From an uncultured Mycoplasmatota bacterium (GTDB lineage Bacteria > Bacillota_I > Bacilli_A > RF39 > UBA660), in the NCBI GenBank assembly GCA_945919295.1, contig CAMEJC010000003.1, positions 1 through 49,951 of the forward strand: DNA of 49,951 nt, given 5' to 3'. The translations under genes and the position numbers were made by a program. Position 1 is the first letter of the stretch. Every line of letters begins with the position of its first letter. Below are positions 19,190-28,733 of this stretch, in pieces. A model generated the notes under the pieces. It was not told where the DNA came from, did no database searches, and saw only the letters and a program-made list of their open reading frames with translations.

Positions 19190-19718
19190 TTCAAAATATA
19201 CAGAAGATTGGTTACCAATAAAATCAATAGCTAATGGATATATTCTATTAGATAATAAATTAAAAGTAACTGGAGTTAAAATAAGACCAAGAAATATCTT
19301 TATTCTTGATCAAGGAGTTCAAGATAATACTTTGATAGCTTTAAAGAATTTCTATAATACTATAGATTTTGAATTTTGGCTTATTTCAGCGGATCGTCCT
19401 GTTGATTTAAATAATTATTTAGCTAGATTACAATTACTATATAATCAAACACCTAATCCTGCAGTTAGAAAATTAATAAATCAAGATATTGATAAAGCCA
19501 ATACTTTTATGAATAATAATATTACAGATACTGAGTATTACATTCTATTTAAAGAAAAAAATGATGATTTAATTCAAAAGAGACTTAGAACCTTGATAAC
19601 TGGACTTGCTAATTCAGGATTAGAAGCTAAACAAGTATCTAATGATGATTTAAGAATAATAATAGATAATTTTCTTAATAGCGGTATGACAACTAATTTT
19701 GGGACGGTGATTTCATAA
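19152..19718 (+). CDS. VirB4-associated soluble protein (PrgI C-terminal-like)
   Basis: WLPIKSIANG...GVKIRPRNIFIL; TAATG-coupled to virB4; ATG 19152 preferred over the 19050 start. Confidence 0.55.
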   Translation: MKNSQSMTSQKSSSKYTEDWLPIKSIANGYILLDNKLKVTGVKIRPRNIFILDQGVQDNTLIALKNFYNTIDFEFWLISADRPVDLNNYLARLQLLYNQTPNPAVRKLINQDIDKANTFMNNNITDTEYYILFKEKNDDLIQKRLRTLITGLANSGLEAKQVSNDDLRIIIDNFLNSGMTTNFGTVIS

Positions 19719-21502
19719 TGAATTTAAAAAGTGAATTAGCTCCTAAAGGGATGCAATTTAATCCTTCAGATTTTGTTATAAGTGATAAATATGCTACAAT
19801 TCTTACTGTAATTTCTTATCCAAGATTTATTGGACCAGGATATTTATCTAACTTAACTAATATGTCTGGTGTTAAATTAGTAATTAAACATATACCAGTA
19901 CCTTTTTCTGTTTTAGCTAAAATGTTAAATAAAGAAATATCTGATTTAAAAAGTAGATATCAAGAAGAAAAAGACAGAACTATTCAAGAAAGAATAAGAC
20001 AAGATGTTGAATCATTAGAATACTTTATTCAGCAGTTTACTGCTTCTCAAGCTAAAACATTTGATTTTCAAATGCATATTATGGTAACTGCTAATACTAG
20101 AGAAGAACTCGAAATGAAAAAAGTAAATCTTAAAAATTATATGGATGCTATGGAATTAAGAGCAATTCCTTTAAGGTTTGAACAAGAAAGAGTATTAAAA
20201 TCAATTCTTCCTATTTTTGATAAACAACCGATTGAAGATCGAATAGGAACTCCAATGCCATCACCTACAATGGCTGCGATGTATCCATTTATCTTTGATA
20301 GTATTAAAGATGATGGTTTATCGACACTACTTGGTGTTGATTTCTCAGGTGGTGTTGTATTATTTAATCAATTCTTATATCAAGTAAGAAAAGAGAGCAA
20401 TCGAAATAATGCTAATATGATTATTTTAGGTACATCAGGTAGTGGTAAATCAACCGCAGCAAAATTAATCCTTCGAAGTCATATTAGAAATGGGTACCAG
20501 ATAGTAGCGGTCGATCCTGAAGGTGAAATCAGTGAGATGACCAGAATGTATGGCGGTGACGTTGTCGATTTAGGTAAAGGTGGAGAATATGGTATGGTAA
20601 ATCCACTTGAAGTTATTATGGATGCTGATGAGACAGAAATAAAAAATGGACTTGGTTATACAGTATTAAATAAAACACTTCAATCACTAAAAGCTTTTAT
20701 GAAATATTATTCTCCTGATATAGAAGAAGATGTCTTAGCCTTATTCAGTGAAGTAGTTCAAGATACATATGCTAGATTTGGTATCACATTTAATTCAGAT
20801 TTTTCTAAATTTACATCTAAAGATTATCCTACTTTCAGTGATGTTTATATAACAGTAACTAGTAAATTAACATCTATGACTGAAAAAACTCATGAGAGAG
20901 ATGTTATGGAAAGACTTGAATTAAAATTAAGACCATTAGTTAGAGAATTACAGTATTACTTTAATGGTCATACTTCAATAAATACTGAAAGTGACTTCTT
21001 AGTATTCAATATCAAAGAACTTATGAATTCTGATGTTAATATTAGAAATGCATTACTATTTAATGTTCTTAAATTTGCTTGGGGATTATGTCTAAATCCT
21101 AATGTTAATACTGTTTTATCAGTAGATGAAGCGCATGTCTTATTAGGAGCAAAAAATGAATTAGGAGCAGAATTTTTAGCTCAAGTACAAAGAAGAGCTA
21201 GAAAATATAATACAGGTACCATAATAATAACGCAGCAACCTTCAGATTTTGTAGCAGATGGTATATTAATGCATGGTAAAGCAATATTTGATAATTCTTC
21301 GTATTATTTAGTTATGGGATTAAAGAAACAATCAGTTGAAGACTTATCAATGTTAATAGATTTAAATGATAATGAAAAAGAGGCAATTAAAAGATTTAGC
21401 CAAGGTGAAGCTTTATTTGTATGTGGAAACAGAAGAATGCAAATAAATGTTATAGTAACTGAAGATGAATTAGAGTCATTTGGCTCAGGTGGTGGATTAT
21501 AA
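19718..21502 (+). CDS. virB4: VirB4-family T4SS ATPase
   Basis: NANMIILGTSGSGKS Walker A, VDPEGE, NPLE, VDEAH Walker B, RRARKY and ITQQPSDF. Confidence 0.92.
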   Translation: MNLKSELAPKGMQFNPSDFVISDKYATILTVISYPRFIGPGYLSNLTNMSGVKLVIKHIPVPFSVLAKMLNKEISDLKSRYQEEKDRTIQERIRQDVESLEYFIQQFTASQAKTFDFQMHIMVTANTREELEMKKVNLKNYMDAMELRAIPLRFEQERVLKSILPIFDKQPIEDRIGTPMPSPTMAAMYPFIFDSIKDDGLSTLLGVDFSGGVVLFNQFLYQVRKESNRNNANMIILGTSGSGKSTAAKLILRSHIRNGYQIVAVDPEGEISEMTRMYGGDVVDLGKGGEYGMVNPLEVIMDADETEIKNGLGYTVLNKTLQSLKAFMKYYSPDIEEDVLALFSEVVQDTYARFGITFNSDFSKFTSKDYPTFSDVYITVTSKLTSMTEKTHERDVMERLELKLRPLVRELQYYFNGHTSINTESDFLVFNIKELMNSDVNIRNALLFNVLKFAWGLCLNPNVNTVLSVDEAHVLLGAKNELGAEFLAQVQRRARKYNTGTIIITQQPSDFVADGILMHGKAIFDNSSYYLVMGLKKQSVEDLSMLIDLNDNEKEAIKRFSQGEALFVCGNRRMQINVIVTEDELESFGSGGGL

Positions 21503-21525
21503 GCCATTGTTAGGTGGTGAGTATT

Positions 21526-22878
21526 ATGGAGGAAAACAGGAAGCAATCCTTTTGGAGTAAATTACCTTTAAAAACAAAAGCAATCATTATAAGTGTAGCT
21601 ATAGGATTCATTTCAATCATGCTCTTCCTAATAGTAATAATCACACCTCTAATGGTTTTAGGAATAATAGATGTTGAAGGAATAGGTAGTAGTAATGTAG
21701 GATTGTCATATTCAAATATATCTTCTGCGAATTCCTTTTGGTGGCCAATCGGTAGTAATGAAACTGAAGAAATTGATGGAGTAACTTTTGCCAGTGGAAA
21801 TCCTGAATATATCAATATATCTTCCGAATTTGGATATCGTGAAACACCATATCCAGGAGAACACCAAGGAATTGACATAGCATCAGGTCAAAATTGGGGT
21901 GAAGGAAATATAATAGCGGCAAAAGATGGAAAAGTCATATACCCAACCGAAAATGATCCATTAAGTTGTGTTTCGAATACTGATGTAAGTGATAGATGTG
22001 GTGGTGGATATGGTAACTATGTTATGATTGAACATAGCGATGGAACTGTAACATTATATGCCCATATGTATGAAAATTCTATTACTGTAAGAGCAGGAGA
22101 TACCGTAAAACAAGGCCAAGTTATCGGCCTAATGGGTAGTAGTGGTCAATCAGAAGGAACACACTTACATTTCGAAGTAAGAGTAAATGGTACTCAAGTT
22201 GATCCACTAAACTACGTATCTTCAGAAGATCCAAGACCTAAAGGAATGTTTAACCTAATTTCAATTGAAGGTGGTTATGGCAGTGCTGAAGAAAATAAAA
22301 GTGTTATGTGTAAAACATTAATAAATGCTGGATACTCTAATAACGCAGTAGCAGGAATATTAGTTAATGTTAGTCACGAAGGTGGTTTCCAAACTAATAA
22401 CATGGAGAATTGTTATGAATTTAATCAGTGCTGCCGAATAAATGGCAAGAATTATGGCATGTGTACAAAGTCAAGTAATGATCCACTAAGAAATTATGCT
22501 AATGATGAATTATATACAGCTGCTGTTGATAGTGGTGATTATAGTAAAGAAAGTTTTTCAAGTGATAGTGTAGGGTATGGATTAATTCAATGGACGTCAG
22601 AGGGAAGAAAACAAGGACTATATGAATTATCAAAGAGTGAAGGAAAATCCATTGCTGACTTAAATATTCAGATAAACTATTTGTTCAAGGAAATTATGGG
22701 TGGTTCATATCCAGTTACTTGGGAAGCACTTACTGATGAAACTGCCAGTGCCACTGAAATAGCAACAAAATTTTGCCTTGATTTTGAAAGGCCAAGTTCA
22801 AAAGAAACCGAGTGTCCAGCGAGAGCAGCATCAAAATCAGCAGCCTTCGTACAATATGTAGAAAATGGTTGTCAATAA
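21526..22878 (+). CDS. Bifunctional peptidoglycan hydrolase: M23 peptidase + phage-tail-lysozyme-like domain (VirB1 analogue)
   Basis: N-terminal TM; M23 motifs HQGID, YAHM, HLHFEV; lysozyme motifs AVAGILVNVSHEGG, GYGLIQWT, FERP. Confidence 0.88.
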   Translation: MEENRKQSFWSKLPLKTKAIIISVAIGFISIMLFLIVIITPLMVLGIIDVEGIGSSNVGLSYSNISSANSFWWPIGSNETEEIDGVTFASGNPEYINISSEFGYRETPYPGEHQGIDIASGQNWGEGNIIAAKDGKVIYPTENDPLSCVSNTDVSDRCGGGYGNYVMIEHSDGTVTLYAHMYENSITVRAGDTVKQGQVIGLMGSSGQSEGTHLHFEVRVNGTQVDPLNYVSSEDPRPKGMFNLISIEGGYGSAEENKSVMCKTLINAGYSNNAVAGILVNVSHEGGFQTNNMENCYEFNQCCRINGKNYGMCTKSSNDPLRNYANDELYTAAVDSGDYSKESFSSDSVGYGLIQWTSEGRKQGLYELSKSEGKSIADLNIQINYLFKEIMGGSYPVTWEALTDETASATEIATKFCLDFERPSSKETECPARAASKSAAFVQYVENGCQ

Positions 22879-22888
22879 AGGAGATAAT

Positions 22889-23761
22889 ATGAAAAAAGAT
22901 GATATTAAAACAATGATCGTAGTACTAGTAATATGTATAATATGTATGATAATTATTTTTATTTTCAATAGACAATCAAAAAATGAATCTAACAATCAAT
23001 TAGAGACTGTAAGCAATAGTAATATGTATTTTATGGCAATAAATTATGTTAATTACTACGTAAATAATATATCGATGCAAAATGAAAAAGTTATCTATGA
23101 TATTTTAGATAAAACATTTATCGAAAAAAATGGGATAACTCCAAATAATGTATTTAAAAAAGTTAGTAGTTATCCTCAAAATTCATCTGTTAAAGTAAAA
23201 AAAATGGATTATTTAAATATTGAAAACGATTATATATTTCATATTGAAGGAATAGTTTATCAAGATAATATTGATGGTAGAACAATCATTGATAATAATT
23301 TTTCAATAATTATAACAGTCAGTAATAGTGTTTCCGCATTTTCAATATATCCTATAACTAATGATAAATTAGAAAAAATAATTAATGATATTAAAAAAAT
23401 TAATATCACAAAAAATGACAATAATGGCCTAATTCCTGCAGAATTAGTAAATAAAGAAAAAATGTGCATATTATACATGACCGATTTTATAGATAATATA
23501 TATAATTCAAACGATAATGGTTATAGTCTATTAAGTAATAGTATGAAACAAAAATACGAAACATTAGAAAATTATCAAAATATCATAAATTCTAATTTAG
23601 ATAAAATAAGTACAGTAGCGGATAAATGTAATGTTAGAAAGAAAAATGATAATAATAAAATTTATACCGTTATTGATAAGAATAACAATACCTTTACATT
23701 TACAGAAAATGCTATAATGAATTATGTAGTTGACTTTGAATTAAATAGTTATGAAGGATAA
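22889..23761 (+). CDS. VirB8/TcpC-like bitopic protein (putative tandem NTF2-like domains)
   Basis: Single TM and two similar alpha/beta halves; last gene of the T4SS operon; SD AAGGAG before ATG 22889. Confidence 0.45.
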   Translation: MKKDDIKTMIVVLVICIICMIIIFIFNRQSKNESNNQLETVSNSNMYFMAINYVNYYVNNISMQNEKVIYDILDKTFIEKNGITPNNVFKKVSSYPQNSSVKVKKMDYLNIENDYIFHIEGIVYQDNIDGRTIIDNNFSIIITVSNSVSAFSIYPITNDKLEKIINDIKKINITKNDNNGLIPAELVNKEKMCILYMTDFIDNIYNSNDNGYSLLSNSMKQKYETLENYQNIINSNLDKISTVADKCNVRKKNDNNKIYTVIDKNNNTFTFTENAIMNYVVDFELNSYEG

Positions 23762-23853
23762 TACATATATATTTAACACAAGTTCTGTTATGAATTACAA
23801 ATTATCATTTAGTTTTGACGAGATAGAAGATTAAAAATAAAGAAATAAATTAT

Positions 23854-23881
23854 ACATTCTCCTTAATAGAGAATGTTTTTT
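23854..23881 (+). terminator. Intrinsic terminator ending the T4SS operon
   Basis: ACATTCTC / GAGAATGT stem plus T-run. Confidence 0.7.
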
Positions 23882-23919
23882 CTTTAAAATATAGACACTT
23901 TATTTTTTACTAATTTTGG

Positions 23920-23948
23920 TTTACAATTTCAACTATTAATGCTATAAT
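23920..23948 (+). promoter_or_regulatory. sigmaA promoter of virD4
   Basis: TTTACA, 17-bp spacer, TATAAT with TGn extension. Confidence 0.65.
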
Positions 23949-23979
23949 AATGTTAGTAATTTTGGAGGAAGAGTAATAT

Positions 23980-26100
23980 ATGAAAATTAAAGTAGAAAAA
24001 AAAGATTTAATAATATTTTGTGCTTTCTGTGTATTCTTATTATATCTTTGTGCTATTGGAGTATTAAATGCCTCTAGTATAGCAACAGAAGGGAAATTTT
24101 ATGGTTTTTTGCCATTTAAAGCTTTTACCTCAAGATATATTGGCATGACATTATTTTTGTTTTTAGCTACAATAGTTGGTCTATTTTTTGCAGTTAAATC
24201 TTATATTTTTGATCGTGATAAAGGTTTTGGATTCTCTGTGGGGTCAAAAAAAGAAAAAGGATATTCTAGATGGGCTACTGATAGTGAATTTAAAAAAGGT
24301 TTAGATGTAGTCAATATAAAAGATCAAAAAATAAATGCCGCTGGTATAGCCCTTCACAGTAAAAAAGGACAAATGTGGGTAGATAATGGTGAGTCCCATT
24401 ATTTAGTTATGGGTGCTACTGGTTCTGGTAAATCAGAAATCGTCGCTAAACCAATGATAAAATTACTTGCTAAACATGATGAATCTATGATTCTAACCGA
24501 TCCTAAGGGTGAATTATATGAAGAAACAGCTGAATTATTAAAAGCCGCAGGATATAATATTATCACTTTGAATTTTAGAGATCCTCAGCACGGTAATGCT
24601 TGGAATCCAATGAGCCTACCATATCAATTATATAAAGAAGGAAATCAAGATAAGGCCATAGAACTATTAGACGATTTAGCTTTAAATATTTTATATGAAG
24701 AAAAATCAAGTGGGGATCCATTTTGGGAAAAGACTGCTGCCGATTACTTTACTGGATTAGCCTTAGGACTTTTCGAGGATGGAACAGAAGAACAAATAAA
24801 CTTAAACAGTTTAAACTTAATGTCTAGTTTAGGAGAAGAAAGATTTGGAGGACCTAATAATAATTACATTAAAGAATATTTTAATGGAAAAGATCCATCA
24901 AAACCAGCCTATATTAATGCTTCCGGAACTGTCTTCACTGCCGATGAGACCAAGCAAGGAATTATAGCCACATTTAAACAAAAAGTAAAACTGTTTTCAT
25001 CGAGAGAAAATTTATCCGAAATGCTTTCTTATAGTGATTTCGATATGCGTGAGATTGGAAGAAAAAAAACAGCGGTCTTTCTAATAGTGCAAGATGAAAA
25101 GAAAACATTACATCCACTTGCTACCATTTTTATCAAGCAATGTTATGAAACACTTATCGATGTAGCTCAAGAAAGTGGTGGAAAACTTCCCTTTAGAACA
25201 AACTTTATTCTAGATGAATTTGCCAATATGCCTCCATTAAAAGATGTAACAACCATGGTTACCGCCGCTAGAAGTAGATTAATAAGATTTACATTCATTA
25301 TCCAGAACTTTGCACAATTAACTCAAGTTTATGGCAGGGAAAATGGCGATACTATTCGAGGTAACTGTAATTTAGTATATTTAATAAGTAGTGAAATTGC
25401 TGCTCTTGAAGAAATAAGTAAGATGTGTGGAGAAGTAAAATCAAAAGAAAAAGAAAAAACAGCTTCGACACCACTCGTTACTGTAAGTGATCTTCAGCGA
25501 TTAAATAAATTTGAAATAATCGTTTTACGAAGTAGAATGTTTCCATATAAAACAAGATTTCAGACTAATTTTGAAGTTGATTGGGGAAGAACATATCCTA
25601 AAGGCGTGCTTCCAGTTAGAGAGAAAAGACCAGTGGAACTATTTGATATCAGAGAATTTGTTAAAGCCAAGAAAAAAGAAAAAATGGAAGCAATGGGAAG
25701 TTTTGAACCTTCCGCTAATCCATTTATGGGACCAAATCCATTCGGTGGAAATCCATTTATGGGTTCAAGTCCATTTGGTTCATTACCAAAATTCCTAGAT
25801 GATGAAAAAGAAGATGTAATTTCTAAAGGTAATGATAGTTTTAACATTGATGATCTAGTTAAGAAGATCGATGCCAAAATAGCAGAAATTGAAAAAGAAG
25901 AAGAAGAAACTAAAAATAAAAATGATGATATTTCAATTAAAGATTTAATTCCAAATAAACCTATTGAAAATAATAATAGGGAAGAATCTTTAAATAATGT
26001 CATTGAAGCAGACAGTAAAGAAAACAAAGAAATTCAAACCATGTATGAAGATAATACTGCAGATGATGATTTCTTTGATGATTTCTTCTCAGACGATTAA
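23980..26100 (+). CDS. virD4: VirD4/TraG type IV coupling protein
   Basis: Two N-terminal TMs, GYSRWA, GATGSGKS, TDPKGEL, WNP, DPFW, LDEFAN and IIQNFAQL. Confidence 0.93.
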   Translation: MKIKVEKKDLIIFCAFCVFLLYLCAIGVLNASSIATEGKFYGFLPFKAFTSRYIGMTLFLFLATIVGLFFAVKSYIFDRDKGFGFSVGSKKEKGYSRWATDSEFKKGLDVVNIKDQKINAAGIALHSKKGQMWVDNGESHYLVMGATGSGKSEIVAKPMIKLLAKHDESMILTDPKGELYEETAELLKAAGYNIITLNFRDPQHGNAWNPMSLPYQLYKEGNQDKAIELLDDLALNILYEEKSSGDPFWEKTAADYFTGLALGLFEDGTEEQINLNSLNLMSSLGEERFGGPNNNYIKEYFNGKDPSKPAYINASGTVFTADETKQGIIATFKQKVKLFSSRENLSEMLSYSDFDMREIGRKKTAVFLIVQDEKKTLHPLATIFIKQCYETLIDVAQESGGKLPFRTNFILDEFANMPPLKDVTTMVTAARSRLIRFTFIIQNFAQLTQVYGRENGDTIRGNCNLVYLISSEIAALEEISKMCGEVKSKEKEKTASTPLVTVSDLQRLNKFEIIVLRSRMFPYKTRFQTNFEVDWGRTYPKGVLPVREKRPVELFDIREFVKAKKKEKMEAMGSFEPSANPFMGPNPFGGNPFMGSSPFGSLPKFLDDEKEDVISKGNDSFNIDDLVKKIDAKIAEIEKEEEETKNKNDDISIKDLIPNKPIENNNREESLNNVIEADSKENKEIQTMYEDNTADDDFFDDFFSDD

Positions 26101-26182
26101 AATTAGATATTAGACAAAAAATGAATATATAGAGTTGTTGATAGAATAAAAAGCGGTAAAATACTTACAAAAAGGAGAAAAA

Positions 26183-28189
26183 ATGTATAATAATCAAGAC
26201 TTTTTACAAAAATATCTAGAAGAACTATCAGAAAAATTTCCTACGAAAGAATCAGCAGTCAATGAAATAATTAATTTAAGTTCCATTTTAGCCCTTCCCA
26301 GAAGTGTTGAGCATTTTATGAGTGATCTTCATGGGCAAGCTGATGCATTTGAACATATTTTAAACAATGCTTCTGGTGGTATTCGCTTTCGAATAGGACA
26401 ACTTTTTAATAATACACTAACTAAAGAAGAACAAGACGAATTAGCCACTATAATTTATTATCCAAAAGAAAAAATGTCTCAAATTTTACCCCAGGTAAAA
26501 GACATTAATACCTGGTATACATCTAATATTTTAAGAATTATTGAAGTTACCAAAAAGTTTTCTTCACGTTACACAAGAAGTAAAGTTAGAAAATTATATA
26601 ATGAAAATTGGGGCTATATTTTAGATGAATTACTAAATAACAAAATAGATGAAGAAAATAAAGAACAATATTATCAAGCAATTATATCCTCTATTATTGA
26701 GTTGGGTTATGCAGAACAACTAATTATTGAATTATCATCATTAATAAAAAAATTAGCCGTCGATGAATTACATATTGTCGGAGATATTTACGATCGTGGT
26801 CCAGAACCACACAAAATAATGGATTTATTAGAAAAATATCATTCTGTTGATATTGAATGGGGAAACCATGATATTTTATGGCTAGGTTCATCCCTTGGTA
26901 GTAATATCTGTATTGCGGGTGTTATTACTAATAGTGTAAGACACAATAATTTAGAAATCCTTGAAGATGTTTATGGAATTAATTTAAGACCACTCGCCAA
27001 CTTTGCTGAAACAACATATGATGATGCCCTTATTTGGCGTCCTCGAAAAACCGCCGAAGAAGATTATTATAACTTAAAACATGTAAGGCAAGCAGCAAAA
27101 ATTCATAAAGCTATATCAATTATTATGTATAAATTAGAAGGTAATTTTGCTTTTCTTCATCCTGAATATCTTATGAGCCATCGCCGTCTTTTAGATAAAA
27201 TAAACTATCAAGATAACACTATTAATATTGATGGTTACATCTATCACCTAGAAGATACAACATTTCCCACTATTGATAAGAAAAACCCCTATAAATTAAC
27301 AGAAGAAGAAGAGATAATTATAAATGATTTAGTAAAATCTTTTCTAAATAGTGAAGCTCTTCAAAGACATATGAAAATCTTTATAGAGAAGGGTTCTATG
27401 TATAAAATAGAAAATAATAATCTTATGTACCATGCTTTAGTACCATTAAATGCTGACGGATCACTAAAAGAAGTTTCATTTGAAGATGGTTCCTTTAAAG
27501 GAAAAGAACTATTTGATTATTTAGATACTAAAATTAGGAAATTATATTATAATAAAGGCAATAGTAGTCAATATGAACTAGATTTAATGTGGTATTTATG
27601 GTGTGGACCTGATTCTCCTTTCTTCGGTAAAGATAAAATGACTACTTTGGAAAGAGTTTTAATTAAAGATAAATCATCCCATAAAGAAAAAAGAAATTAT
27701 TATTACCAATATCAAGAAGATATTCAAGTAATAGAACATATCATGAATAATTTTGGACTTATTAATACTCAAAATGCCCATATCATCAATGGTCATATTC
27801 CTGTTGAAAAAATTAATGGTGAAACTCCTTTGAAAGCTAACAATAGGGTAATTGTTATCGATGGTGGCTTTTCAAAAGCTTATCAAAAAACAACAGGTAT
27901 AGCGGGTTATACCTTAGTATCGGGTTCTACTGGGATGCGAATTATTGCTCATGAACCATTTACATCTACTGAAGATGCTATTATTAATAATCAAGACATT
28001 AATTATTCTATTGATATAGAAAGTAACTCAGCTAAAAGATTGACTATTGCTGATGTTGATAAAGGTCTTGAAATTCAAAAACAAATTAATGATTTAAAAT
28101 TACTAATTTCATATTATGAATCAGGCTTTATTAAAGAAAACCATACTTATAAATATGTTAAAGTACTTAATAAAAAACCATTCAAATAA
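26183..28189 (+). CDS. fbp: Fructose-1,6-bisphosphatase class III
   Basis: EHFMSDLHG, GDIYDRG, WGNHD, WYLWCGPDSP, INGHIPV and IDGGFSKAYQ. Confidence 0.94.
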   Translation: MYNNQDFLQKYLEELSEKFPTKESAVNEIINLSSILALPRSVEHFMSDLHGQADAFEHILNNASGGIRFRIGQLFNNTLTKEEQDELATIIYYPKEKMSQILPQVKDINTWYTSNILRIIEVTKKFSSRYTRSKVRKLYNENWGYILDELLNNKIDEENKEQYYQAIISSIIELGYAEQLIIELSSLIKKLAVDELHIVGDIYDRGPEPHKIMDLLEKYHSVDIEWGNHDILWLGSSLGSNICIAGVITNSVRHNNLEILEDVYGINLRPLANFAETTYDDALIWRPRKTAEEDYYNLKHVRQAAKIHKAISIIMYKLEGNFAFLHPEYLMSHRRLLDKINYQDNTINIDGYIYHLEDTTFPTIDKKNPYKLTEEEEIIINDLVKSFLNSEALQRHMKIFIEKGSMYKIENNNLMYHALVPLNADGSLKEVSFEDGSFKGKELFDYLDTKIRKLYYNKGNSSQYELDLMWYLWCGPDSPFFGKDKMTTLERVLIKDKSSHKEKRNYYYQYQEDIQVIEHIMNNFGLINTQNAHIINGHIPVEKINGETPLKANNRVIVIDGGFSKAYQKTTGIAGYTLVSGSTGMRIIAHEPFTSTEDAIINNQDINYSIDIESNSAKRLTIADVDKGLEIQKQINDLKLLISYYESGFIKENHTYKYVKVLNKKPFK

Positions 28190-28225
28190 ACAAAAGAAGT
28201 TCTTAATTACAGAACTTCTTTTGTT
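28189..28225 (+). terminator. Intrinsic terminator after fbp
   Basis: 15-bp inverted repeat AACAAAAGAAGTTCT / AGAACTTCTTTTGTT. Confidence 0.8.
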
Positions 28226-28422
28226 ATATAAGTAAATTACCTTTTAGTCGATGAAAAATTTACCAGACAAGTTATAAACATTATAAGTATTAACTACTAA
28301 ATAATACTTAACATTTTATTAAAGATCTAAATGATATAAATCCAAGTAAAATTTAATTGATTTTTGTGTTTATTAACTTTTCACATCTTTATAAAAAGTA
28401 TATATTATAGTGAGGTGTAAGT

Positions 28423-28698
28423 ATGAATACAATTTCAGTTGAAACATTAAAAAAATTAAATAATCCCATTATAATAGATATAAGAGATAATTATTCATAT
28501 AATATTTCACACATAAAAAATTCAATAAATATACCTTATTATAATCTTTTAAACAATTATTCTCATTATTTAAATAAAAACAATACCTATTACCTCTACT
28601 GTGAAGAAGGTAAACAAAGTTATGAAATAAGCAAAAGATTAAATTCATTTGGATATAAGACAAAATCTATTGAAGGTGGTTTTTTATCTTTTAAATAA
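28423..28698 (+). CDS. Rhodanese-like domain protein
   Basis: IIDIRD, HIKNSINIP, YC active site, IEGG. Confidence 0.88.
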   Translation: MNTISVETLKKLNNPIIIDIRDNYSYNISHIKNSINIPYYNLLNNYSHYLNKNNTYYLYCEEGKQSYEISKRLNSFGYKTKSIEGGFLSFK

Positions 28699-28733
28699 CC
28701 AAATTATTTTACAATAAAAACATATATATTAGT

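Noticed and set aside
21304-21878. Antisense ORFs over the virB4 end and the M23 gene
   Set aside because: They overlap confident genes and have no recognisable motifs. The same applies to the other short overlapping ORFs in the track (e.g. 4273, 6867, 9685, 17679, 30480, 36333, 38683, 40410, 49555).
25560-26027. 155-aa antisense ORF inside virD4
   Set aside because: Shadow of the low-complexity virD4 tail; Ser/Phe/Leu-biased with no motif.
15098-26100. Calling the T4SS region an ICE or integrated conjugative plasmid
   Set aside because: No relaxase, integrase, excisionase, rep gene or flanking direct repeats are recognisable in the window; trans-acting genes elsewhere cannot be excluded.
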